Shown one piece after another: positions 18,795-26,252 of a stretch of 38,676 nucleotides of DNA. A program made the position numbers and the translations under genes. Source of the DNA: Candidatus Micrarchaeota archaeon (GTDB lineage Archaea > Micrarchaeota > Micrarchaeia > Norongarragalinales > JBBILJ01); NCBI GenBank assembly GCA_037444945.1, contig JBBILJ010000002.1, positions 1 through 38,676 on the forward strand, in the 5' to 3' direction. Position 1 is the first letter of the stretch, and each line of letters opens with the position of its first letter. The notes under the pieces are model-generated. The model was not told the DNA's origin, did no database searches, and was given only the letters and a program-made list of their open reading frames with translations.

Positions 18795-18816
18795 GACGGT
18801 TTGGAGCGGGGGCGGG

Positions 18817-18825
18817 AATTTAAAG
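18817..18825. promoter_or_regulatory. Palindromic TATA-like AATTTAAAG in the divergent cca/ATPase spacer
   Basis: It lies 23 nt from the cca ATG (18794) and 37 nt from the ATPase ATG (18862). Confidence 0.4.
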
Positions 18826-18861
18826 CCTGCGCGGCTTTCCTTTTTTTGAGGCTACCCCCCA

Positions 18862-20331
18862 ATGGCGAACGCGGAAATCAAGCCCGGCTACCCGTTCTCG
18901 CAGTACACGCACCACGGTGAGCGCCTCAGCGAGCGCGACGAACGTCTCGCCGACCTTCTCGTTGACTTCTTTAACGGCCGCCTGACGGCGCGCCAATTCG
19001 CGTCCGAGGCCAGTGTGGGGGCGGACGCGGCTTCTGCTTTCGAGTCGTTCCGCGACGGCGTGGACTCGAGCCGTTTCGGGTTTCCCATTCCGCCCGCGGA
19101 GCTCGAATCGTTCCGCGAAAAGCTCGGGGTGTTTCTCAAAGGGTTTTTTGGCGCCTCGGCTTCGCGTTTGGCGGAACGCGTCGTGGGCCGCCTGCATGAG
19201 TTGCGCGTTCTGCAGCCGCTCTTCGATGACGACGAGCTCGAGGAAATCATGGTGAACGGCGTCGCGCGTCCCGTGTTCGTTTTTCACCGCACGGCCGGGG
19301 TTTGCGAAACGAATTTCGCGTTCAAGTCCGACAAGGAGATCCGCGATTTTCTCTCCCAAATCGGCGTCTCGTCGAACCGCCCCTTCGACGATGCGCGCCT
19401 CCCCGACGGCACGCGCGTGAACGCCGTTTTTCCGCCCGTATGCGAGGAGCCCGTCATCACGGTTCGCAAGTTCCGCCGCAAGCCGTTCTCGATTCTGGAC
19501 CTCATTCATAACCACACTGTGACGAGCGAGCTCGCCGCTTTCTTGTGGATGTGTATTGACGGCTACAACCTCTATCCTGCGAACGTCCTCATCGTGGGCG
19601 GCACGGCAAGCGGGAAAACCACGCTTCTCAACGCGCTCTCCACCTTCATTCCGCCCAGCGACCGCGTCGTCACCATCGAGGACACACGCGAGCTCGACTT
19701 GTACGGCAAGCAGGACTGGGTGCCGCTCGAGTCCGCGCCGAACGCGACGCTGCAGGATCTGGTGCGCAACTCGCTTCGCATGCGGCCCGACCGCATCATC
19801 GTCGGGGAAATTAGAGGCGCGGAAGCCGAAGCCATGTTCAGCGCGCTCAACGTAGGGCACCGCGGGAGTTTGGGGACACTGCACGCGAACTCGGACCGTG
19901 ACGCGATTTCCAAGCTCGAAAACCAGCCCATGATGGTGCCGCGCAGTCTTATCCCGCTTGTCGACGTCATCATCGTGCTGCACCGCCTCTACGATCGTCG
20001 CTTCGGCCTCGTGCGGCGCGTGCTGCAAGTGAGTGAAGTGTCCCGCATTGAGGACGTCGTCGCGCTCAACGAGTTGTATAAGCGGGACCCCCTCGATGAC
20101 TCGCTCAAGCGCTCCCCGCTGCCCTCGCAGGTGCGCGAAAAAATCGCGCACGGCTCGGGTCTCGAAATCGCGGCCGTCCAGGCGGACCTGAAAAAGCGCG
20201 AAGAAATCCTTAACTACTTATTGCAAAAGGGCGTCACGGAGCAGCACCACGTGCAAGAGTTCCTGCGCGGGTACTATGAGCACCGCCTTCAAGCCGACGA
20301 GAAAGCCCGCAGCTCGGTGGGCGAAAAATAA
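18862..20331 (+). CDS. Type II/IV secretion-family ATPase (archaeal type IV filament assembly ATPase, FlaI/PilB/TadA-like), orphan copy
   Basis: Walker A VGGTASGKTTLLNAL, Asp box VVTIEDTRELDL, Walker B RMRPDRIIVGEIRGAEA and His box GHRGSLGTLHANS. No platform or pilin gene is adjacent. Confidence 0.9.
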   Translation: MANAEIKPGYPFSQYTHHGERLSERDERLADLLVDFFNGRLTARQFASEASVGADAASAFESFRDGVDSSRFGFPIPPAELESFREKLGVFLKGFFGASASRLAERVVGRLHELRVLQPLFDDDELEEIMVNGVARPVFVFHRTAGVCETNFAFKSDKEIRDFLSQIGVSSNRPFDDARLPDGTRVNAVFPPVCEEPVITVRKFRRKPFSILDLIHNHTVTSELAAFLWMCIDGYNLYPANVLIVGGTASGKTTLLNALSTFIPPSDRVVTIEDTRELDLYGKQDWVPLESAPNATLQDLVRNSLRMRPDRIIVGEIRGAEAEAMFSALNVGHRGSLGTLHANSDRDAISKLENQPMMVPRSLIPLVDVIIVLHRLYDRRFGLVRRVLQVSEVSRIEDVVALNELYKRDPLDDSLKRSPLPSQVREKIAHGSGLEIAAVQADLKKREEILNYLLQKGVTEQHHVQEFLRGYYEHRLQADEKARSSVGEK

Positions 20332-20341
20332 GTCGGCCTCC

Positions 20342-20350
20342 TTTTTTTTT
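20342..20350. terminator. T9 tract between convergent gene ends
   Basis: ctcc-ttttttttt-ggg lies between the stop at 20331 (+) and the stop at 20357 (-). Oligo-T is the usual archaeal termination signal. Confidence 0.45.
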
Positions 20351-20356
20351 GGGAAC

Positions 20357-22072
20357 TTAACCCGTCGTTCGCGTTTCGTTGAGGGCGCAGCCAGTTTGCG
20401 TCGTGTAGCAGTTATAGCCGAGCGTGAGGCCGTTGGGGTACGCGGCGTAGCCGGGTTCGGGGTTGACGCAGTTGGAGCCCGCGCACCCGAAGCACTTGAG
20501 TAGGCCCGTGTCGGCGTTTCGGTACAAGTCGCACTCGTTGCGCGCGTACTGCGTGGGCGTGAAGGCGTCGAGCTCGACGATGGCGGCTGGCGCGGCGCTG
20601 GTGAGGTCGATGGACTGCACCAAAAGCGTGTAGCCCGCGCTCGTGCTCAGGCACTCGGTCGGCTTGGGGTAGAGGACGACGGCGTCCGCGCCGCGCGTCA
20701 ACTTGATTTCAGCACGATTGGCGTTCGCGCCAAGCAGTTCGAGCGTCGTCGAGGCGTCGAGGACGAGTTTGGCGTCCGCGGACGTCGCGTTCGAGAATCG
20801 CTTACCGTTCGCTAACGTGCCGTCGCAGGCCATGCGCTTGGCGCACGCGCCACCGGTGTCTGGATTGTTCGTGTCGAGGATACACGTGTAGCCAGCGGGG
20901 CATTGGGGAGCGTTGAGGATGAAGCCGCCGCAAAAGACGCCTTCGTACGAATTCGGGTACTCGTTCGTCGTCGCTTCCTCAATGAGGGTGCCGTTGGTAT
21001 ACGCGATGAAGTTGTAGTAGGTTTTCGTGATGCAGCCGGCTTGGCAGTCCCCGCTCCCTTGGAAGAACGAGATGCGCCAGCCGTTGCGGATTGCGCGGGT
21101 GAGGACGTCTTGGGTGCACCCGATTTGGGCGACGCATTTTTGGATACCAGTCGTGTCGGAGTAGCGGGTTTGGATACGGCTGGTGAGATCGGCGAGGGAG
21201 TACTTGCTCGTGGCGAGCGCGCTCTCGTCACGCAGGTTTTGCAGGCGTTCGACAAGGTCGTCAAAGGTGCGGGAGTGTTCAGCGGTTTGGCGCACGAGCA
21301 CGCGCTTGTACTGGCCGTTGAGCTCAATGCTAATCAGCGTGCTGCCCGCATGCGTCGGGCAGTAACCGACGGCGGCGGCTTGGCCAGCGGGGCCGGGGCA
21401 CGCTTGGTATTCGTCGAGGAGACTGAAGAAGTCCGAGTCGCGTACCCACTCGGCGAGGGTGAGTGCGCTCGCAGGCGAAACGGTGCGCGTCTCAGTGCTC
21501 GGCGCCGCGCTGGCGACGTCTTGCGTTTGCACGGTGAGGGAGCCATTGAGGTCCGCGTCGAGGTGGGTTCCGCAGCCGGGGTTCGCGCAAAAGCCGGGCG
21601 TTTGAATGAGGGTGGCGTGGAAGGAGGTAACGTCAGGGGGGCCGACGGCTTGGTGGGTGAGTTCGTCGTATTTGCCGTCCACTACGGCGGAGGTAACGGT
21701 GCCGTTCGTCATTTCGAGGACGATTTCGTGCGGCGTCACGACTGGGGCGAGGGCTTGACCCGTGCGGTCTCCGTATCCGGCTTGTTGTGAGTTGTACGAG
21801 TAGGTGAGGCGCCAGGAGTATTCACGGTCGAGTTCTTCGCTGTTGACGAAGGCGAGGGTTTGAGGGATGCCGTCGAACGCGAACGTGCTTGACGACTCGA
21901 CGAATTGGCGGCCGAGGTCCACGCTTTTCGCGAGCGTCGTGCCGTTGAATTGTACGGGTGGAAGCGTCGCGAAAGCGGTGGGGCTCGACGTCGGTTTTCC
22001 GAGCTGCGTGCAGCCTGCAAGGAGGAGAGCGAAGAGGACCGAGAGAGCGAACAGCGTAAAGCGTTGCGTCAC
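20357..22072 (-). CDS. Secreted Cys-rich lipoprotein of unknown function
   Basis: I trimmed this to the GTG at codon 56 (CAC at 22070-22072), because the longer ORF overlaps ligT. This gives MTQRFTLFALSVLFALLLAGC, a signal peptide plus an LAGC lipobox. About 20 further Cys occur, mostly in the C-terminal half (for example QCPAGYTC, KCFGCAGSNC). Confidence 0.6.
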   Translation of the reverse strand: MTQRFTLFALSVLFALLLAGCTQLGKPTSSPTAFATLPPVQFNGTTLAKSVDLGRQFVESSSTFAFDGIPQTLAFVNSEELDREYSWRLTYSYNSQQAGYGDRTGQALAPVVTPHEIVLEMTNGTVTSAVVDGKYDELTHQAVGPPDVTSFHATLIQTPGFCANPGCGTHLDADLNGSLTVQTQDVASAAPSTETRTVSPASALTLAEWVRDSDFFSLLDEYQACPGPAGQAAAVGYCPTHAGSTLISIELNGQYKRVLVRQTAEHSRTFDDLVERLQNLRDESALATSKYSLADLTSRIQTRYSDTTGIQKCVAQIGCTQDVLTRAIRNGWRISFFQGSGDCQAGCITKTYYNFIAYTNGTLIEEATTNEYPNSYEGVFCGGFILNAPQCPAGYTCILDTNNPDTGGACAKRMACDGTLANGKRFSNATSADAKLVLDASTTLELLGANANRAEIKLTRGADAVVLYPKPTECLSTSAGYTLLVQSIDLTSAAPAAIVELDAFTPTQYARNECDLYRNADTGLLKCFGCAGSNCVNPEPGYAAYPNGLTLGYNCYTTQTGCALNETRTTG

Positions 22073-22127
22073 GGAGCACCACCAAGTGAACAAAAAAGCG
22101 AACGCAGTTTTAAATGTCCCGTTGGCG

Positions 22128-22670
22128 TCACGGCGCGACTTGAATGCTCGCGATGTCCTCGTACTGCGGGCCCAGGGGAGTGAGCGTGCTTTTCTTGAGG
22201 ACGAGGCGGGCGGCACGGCTCGAGCCGAATCCTTCACTGTGGGCGCGCGCGAACGCGTGCAAGCCCTGCTTTTGGAGTGGTTCGAGGCCGCCCTTGACGC
22301 GCGCCAGCGCGACGTGCGCCTTGAACGTGTGCTCCTCCTTGAGTTGAAGGCGCTCGACGAGGGTGTCGTGTAACGCGTCGAGTTCGGCGCTCTCGATGCG
22401 CGCCACCACGGTTTTCACGTAGTTTTCGGACGGGAAAAAGTCGATGCGCGAGAGAGGGAAGTCGAAGGCGTGGAACGGCGTGCTCTCCATGGCTTTGCGG
22501 ATGCGGGGGAGTGCCTCGTCGGGGATTTCGCCCAAGAACGCGAGCGTGACGTGGAGTTGGCTGGCTTTCGGAAAAGTGCCGCGAAATCCGATGGTGTGCA
22601 GCTCGTCGGCTGCACGCGCGAGACGCTCGCGGACGGGTTCGTCAAGTTCGAGGGCGATGAAGGCGCGCAT
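22128..22670 (-). CDS. ligT: RNA 2',3'-cyclic phosphodiesterase / 2'-5' RNA ligase (2H phosphoesterase, LigT/ThpR)
   Basis: Two H-x-T/S motifs (LHVTLAFLGEI and AHVALARV). I set the start at MRAFIALELD (CAT at 22668-22670), 9 codons inside the tracked ORF. Confidence 0.85.
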   Translation of the reverse strand: MRAFIALELDEPVRERLARAADELHTIGFRGTFPKASQLHVTLAFLGEIPDEALPRIRKAMESTPFHAFDFPLSRIDFFPSENYVKTVVARIESAELDALHDTLVERLQLKEEHTFKAHVALARVKGGLEPLQKQGLHAFARAHSEGFGSSRAARLVLKKSTLTPLGPQYEDIASIQVAP

Positions 22671-22718
22671 GGAGCAGGAGACCTCTCTGTGAATCAACGG
22701 TGGTTGAATCCGTGCAGG

Positions 22719-22726
22719 TTTTTAAA
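22719..22726 (+). promoter_or_regulatory. TATA-box-like TTTTTAAA
   Basis: It lies 23 nt upstream of ATG 22749, in the divergent spacer between ligT and the surface-protein gene. Confidence 0.45.
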
Positions 22727-22748
22727 CTCGCAATTCCTCCAACAACGC

Positions 22749-23582
22749 ATGCGCCCGCACACGCTTTCCTTCGCCCTCGCCGCTTCTCTGCTGCTTTTAC
22801 TTTTCGCCCTGCCCGCGTCCGCTTCCAAGGCAGGTATCGTGGACCCCATCGCGCAGACCGTGAACGGCGGTGCGGTGGTGGATTTGGGTACGGTCGGCCC
22901 GGGTCAAACCGTCGAGCTTCAAGTCATTCGCGGCTCCGGTGAAATCGGCGTCCAAAGCGAAAAATTGTGGGATCACTTGAACATCGATACGGCGTCTCTG
23001 CCCGCTGGTTGGCGAGGGGACGACAGCCGTACCTTTGAGAACCCCCTCAAAGCCTTCGTCGTGCTTCCCGTGGACGCGCCGAACGGCGAGTACACGTTTA
23101 ATGTTACTCTCATTGACGACAACGAAGGTGTGCTTCCCCTGCATTTCAGCGCGCACGTCACGGTGTCGCGCGATGTCCTCGCCCTTCAGGCCTCACCCTC
23201 CTCATCACGCGTCGGCGCGGGTCAGCCCGCCGTCTACACGCTGCGCTTGAGCAACACGGGGCGCGCGAACGACGTCTTCGAAATCAGTGCGGTCGGCCTG
23301 CCCTCGCGTTGGGAATTCACCAAGCGCGTTTTTCTCTCCCACGACTCTGAAACGGATGTCAACTATGAAGTTGTCGCGACCGAATCGGGCGTGTACCCCG
23401 TTCGCATTACGGTGCATTCCCTCTCCTCCTCCCTCATCACGCAAACCTTCGACTCGCGCCTCACTGCGGCCAGCGGGCTGGTGGAGGACGCGCAAGCGAC
23501 CGCGAACGGCGTCCTGCTCTTCCCCTCCTCCATCCAGGTCGTGTACAGCCTCGTCGGCTTCCTCGCGCACCTCTTCTTCTAA
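22749..23582 (+). CDS. Secreted, C-terminally anchored surface protein with Ig-like (CARDB/NEW3-type) beta domains
   Basis: I trimmed this to the internal ATG (codon 94 of the track ORF). Signal peptide MRPHTLSFALAASLLLLLFALPASAS. Beta-rich repeats (GQTVELQV..., AVYTLRLSNTGRANDVFEISAVGLPSRWEF). C-terminal hydrophobic anchor VVYSLVGFLAHLFF. Confidence 0.6.
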   Translation: MRPHTLSFALAASLLLLLFALPASASKAGIVDPIAQTVNGGAVVDLGTVGPGQTVELQVIRGSGEIGVQSEKLWDHLNIDTASLPAGWRGDDSRTFENPLKAFVVLPVDAPNGEYTFNVTLIDDNEGVLPLHFSAHVTVSRDVLALQASPSSSRVGAGQPAVYTLRLSNTGRANDVFEISAVGLPSRWEFTKRVFLSHDSETDVNYEVVATESGVYPVRITVHSLSSSLITQTFDSRLTAASGLVEDAQATANGVLLFPSSIQVVYSLVGFLAHLFF

Positions 23583-23654
23583 ACCGTTTTAACTCCCCCT
23601 CACCCTAGCCTATTCTGATCCTTCCCTTTTTCGCCCTCCGCCCGAGGTTTGTGA

Positions 23655-25382
23655 ATGTCCCTCCCGATTGCGAACGGTAACGATTCGGTTTCGAACGCGT
23701 CAATTCCGAGCCAGCGGCCGCGCGGGCGCGAACCGATTACGGGCGCCGCTCTCGAACAGTTGCGCGCCGAACTCTTAACCGAAAAACTTCCCGACTCTCC
23801 CGTGCGCCGGCAAGCCGCGCAAGCCTGCCTCGACGAGTTCCTCACCAGGGGCGACTGCTCCCCTAAGGCACTCCAACGCGCCAAACTTAAATACTCGAAA
23901 AAGTTCGCGCTCGAGCGCGTGCTGCGCAACTCGGAACTACTCGCCGTTCTGCCCGCCGAGATTGGAAAAACGCACCCCGCCCGACTCGCCCTCACCACCA
24001 ACCCAGTTCGCGACTTGAGCGGGGTCAGCGTGCTGGCGATTATGACCAAGCCGATGGGGTGCGTGGGGCGCTGCATTTATTGCCCGGGCGGAGTGCAGAG
24101 CCCGAAGAGTTACACGGGATTCGAACCGTCGGCGCGGCGCGCGGCGCAAAATGATTACGACTCCGCTCGCCAAATCCGCGCCCGCTTGGCTCAATTGCGC
24201 GCGACGGGGCACGAACCCACCAAGTGCGAAGTCGTCATGATGGGTTCCACCTTCGCGTGGATGCCGCGGGAGTATCGCGCCGAATTCATCAAAGGCGTTT
24301 TCGACGGTCTTAACGGTTTTGGGAGCGCGACGCTGGAGGCGGCGAAGACGGCGAACGAAACCGCCGCCGCGCGCTGCGTGGGCTTAGTGGCGGAAACGCG
24401 CCCGGACTGGTGCTCACCCGCGCACGTGCGCGACTTTCTTGATTATGGCGTGACGCGTGTGGAGCTCGGCGTGCAAACCCTGAGCGACGCGGTGCTGCAA
24501 AAAGTTGATCGCGGGCACGACGTCGCGGCCGTGCGAGACGCGAGCGCCACGTTGCGGCAGGCATTCTACAAAATCGGGTACCACGTCATGCCGGGCCTTT
24601 TCGCAACCCCCGAGGAAGATGTCGCGACGTTCGACGCCTTGTTCGCGGACGACGGCTTCAAGCCCGACATGCTCAAAATCTATCCCGCGCTCGTGATGCC
24701 CGACACGCCGCTGTACGAGAGGTGGCGGCGCGGCGAGTACGTGCCTTATGACGCTGAGACGGCCGCGCGCGTGATTGCTCGCGCGCAGCGCTTCGTGCCT
24801 CCTTATTGCCGCGTGATGCGCGTTGAACGCGACATCCCCACTAACCTCGTCGCGGACGGCGTGATGAAGAGCAATTTGCGGCAACTCGTCGATGCTGAAA
24901 TGAAACGCAACGGGTGGCGGTGCGCGTGCATTCGCTGCCGCGAAGTCGGCTTTCGTTTGCGCGAAGGCGCCGCCGTTGACTTCGCTAACGCCAAACTCAA
25001 CCGCCTCGATTACGAGGCGAGCGGGGGCCGCGAAGTCTTCTTGAGTTTCGACGATGAAAAAAGCGACGCCCTCTTCGGCTTTATTCGCCTCCGAGCTCCC
25101 AGCCACCCGCGCGTCGTTGAAGAATTGAGCGACGCAACGGCAGGCATTCGCGAACTCCACGTTTACGGAGACCAGGTATCGATCGGAGAGCCTGCCCGAA
25201 GGGAAGGCGCCGTTCAACACCAAGGGTTTGGGAAACGTTTACTCGAGAACGCCGAAAAAATCGCTCGCGAAGAATTCGACGCCGACCATCTTGCCGTTCT
25301 CGCCGGCGTCGGCACCCGTGAATACTATCGACAAAACGGTTACGCCCTTCGAGGCGCTTACATGCAAAAAGAGTTGGCTTAA
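23655..25382 (+). CDS. elp3: Elp3-family radical-SAM/GNAT tRNA uridine(34) modification enzyme
   Basis: Radical-SAM cluster motif CVGRCIYCPGG, an Elp3 central region and a C-terminal GNAT motif (VQHQGFGKRLLENAEKIA). Confidence 0.9.
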   Translation: MSLPIANGNDSVSNASIPSQRPRGREPITGAALEQLRAELLTEKLPDSPVRRQAAQACLDEFLTRGDCSPKALQRAKLKYSKKFALERVLRNSELLAVLPAEIGKTHPARLALTTNPVRDLSGVSVLAIMTKPMGCVGRCIYCPGGVQSPKSYTGFEPSARRAAQNDYDSARQIRARLAQLRATGHEPTKCEVVMMGSTFAWMPREYRAEFIKGVFDGLNGFGSATLEAAKTANETAAARCVGLVAETRPDWCSPAHVRDFLDYGVTRVELGVQTLSDAVLQKVDRGHDVAAVRDASATLRQAFYKIGYHVMPGLFATPEEDVATFDALFADDGFKPDMLKIYPALVMPDTPLYERWRRGEYVPYDAETAARVIARAQRFVPPYCRVMRVERDIPTNLVADGVMKSNLRQLVDAEMKRNGWRCACIRCREVGFRLREGAAVDFANAKLNRLDYEASGGREVFLSFDDEKSDALFGFIRLRAPSHPRVVEELSDATAGIRELHVYGDQVSIGEPARREGAVQHQGFGKRLLENAEKIAREEFDADHLAVLAGVGTREYYRQNGYALRGAYMQKELA

Positions 25383-25553
25383 AGTAGTCTTGTAATCCTT
25401 TACTTTTCAGGTGCCCCGTTAACGGTTCGTCCTTCGTTTTCCGAAAAAGTCAAGCGTTGGTTTTACGCGCCGCCGAAGGGAGCGTTTCGCATCCTTCTTG
25501 GTTCGCGAAAACCGGGGCAGGCGAGTTATCGGGTTGTACACGCCGAGGAGTAT

Positions 25554-26252
25554 TTGCCGGGCCACGAGGTCGTCATTGGAAGGAAACCCGAAGGCGGCAC
25601 GCATCACGTCACGGTGAAGGGAGATGACACGGTTTCCCGCGTCCACCTCACACTCGCGGCCGAGGGGTCAACGGTTCTCGTTCGCGTGTTGGGAAAGAAC
25701 GGCGTCTCAATCGGCGAACCCCTTAACCCCCTCAAGCACTACCCGCCGGGGAGCGCGTTTTCCATTAGCGCGCAGGGAGCCACCTTTCAGTATAACGTGG
25801 GGCGCGACACGATTCTGCGTGTCCTTCCCTCCTCCTTGATGCGAGCAGTGAAAAAGATGCCGCCCGTGGAGGAGTGGCGCGAGCGCGCGATGGGTTCGCG
25901 GGGGAGCGCCTTAGAAGGCGCAGGAGCCGTCCGCACAGCCGGGGTTGTCGCCACCGTACTCGCTCGACGCGGTCACGGGCTTGGGTTTGCCTTCTTTCGC
26001 GCCGAGGGTGAGGACTTGTTCGGGCTTGCTGCCGTAACGGTAAATCGTGATGCCCTTGCACTTGAGCTTCCACGCGAGCAGGTAGGCTTTGCGGACGTCG
26101 CTGGGCTTGGCGTTTTCGGGCAGATTCACGGTCTTGCTCACGGCGTTCTCCACGTTTTTTTGGAACGCGGCCTGCATCTTCACGTGCTGTTCCACGGGAA
26201 TTTCGAGGGCGGTCTTGAACAACTTTTGCACGTCTTTGGGGACTTCGCTTAA
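25554..26252 (+). CDS. FHA-domain-like ORF with both ends unreliable (possible gene remnant)
   Basis: EVVIGRKPEGG..HVTVKGDDTVSRVHLTLAAEGSTVLVRVLGKNGVSIGEPLNPLKHYPPGSAFSISAQGATFQYNV matches the FHA pattern (IGR ... D..VSR.H ... G.NG...G ... G..F.I). The only in-frame start is TTG 25554, although the frame is open back to the elp3 stop. No stop occurs until 26252, 342 nt inside antisense nrdJ. Confidence 0.35.
   Translation: MPGHEVVIGRKPEGGTHHVTVKGDDTVSRVHLTLAAEGSTVLVRVLGKNGVSIGEPLNPLKHYPPGSAFSISAQGATFQYNVGRDTILRVLPSSLMRAVKKMPPVEEWRERAMGSRGSALEGAGAVRTAGVVATVLARRGHGLGFAFFRAEGEDLFGLAAVTVNRDALALELPREQVGFADVAGLGVFGQIHGLAHGVLHVFLERGLHLHVLFHGNFEGGLEQLLHVFGDFA

Noticed and set aside
18820-20151. Long antisense or out-of-frame ORFs in the track: 18820-20151(-) 443 aa, 15130-16377(-) 415 aa, 30088-31320(-) 410 aa, 17769-18920(+) 383 aa, 3688-4776(-) 362 aa, 35505-36560(-) 351 aa, 31387-32301(-) 304 aa, 16420-17325(-) 301 aa, 20903-21790(+) 295 aa, 24414-25223(-) 269 aa, 33336-34112(-) 258 aa, 29080-29847(-) 255 aa
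   Set aside because: Each one lies entirely within or opposite a gene that has clear family motifs. Their translations are Arg/Gly/Ala/Pro/Glu-biased with no recognisable motifs, which is the expected by-product of stop-poor alternative frames in GC-rich DNA.
11312-25382. Possibility that TAA is reassigned or systematically read through, given the two in-frame TAA cases at 11312 and 25380
   Set aside because: TAA is the normal terminator of many confidently identified genes here (uvrC, nth, cysS, nurA, rad50, elp3, nrdJ, gatE and several pilins), with the expected C-termini. Genome-wide reassignment is therefore not supported. The two cases are better explained individually as a mutation, an assembly error or a coincidental frame.
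25419-25646. 75-aa minus-strand ORF in the elp3-nrdJ spacer
   Set aside because: It has no motif and a basic, irregular composition. The plus-strand frame shows an FHA-like pattern and better third-position GC bias.
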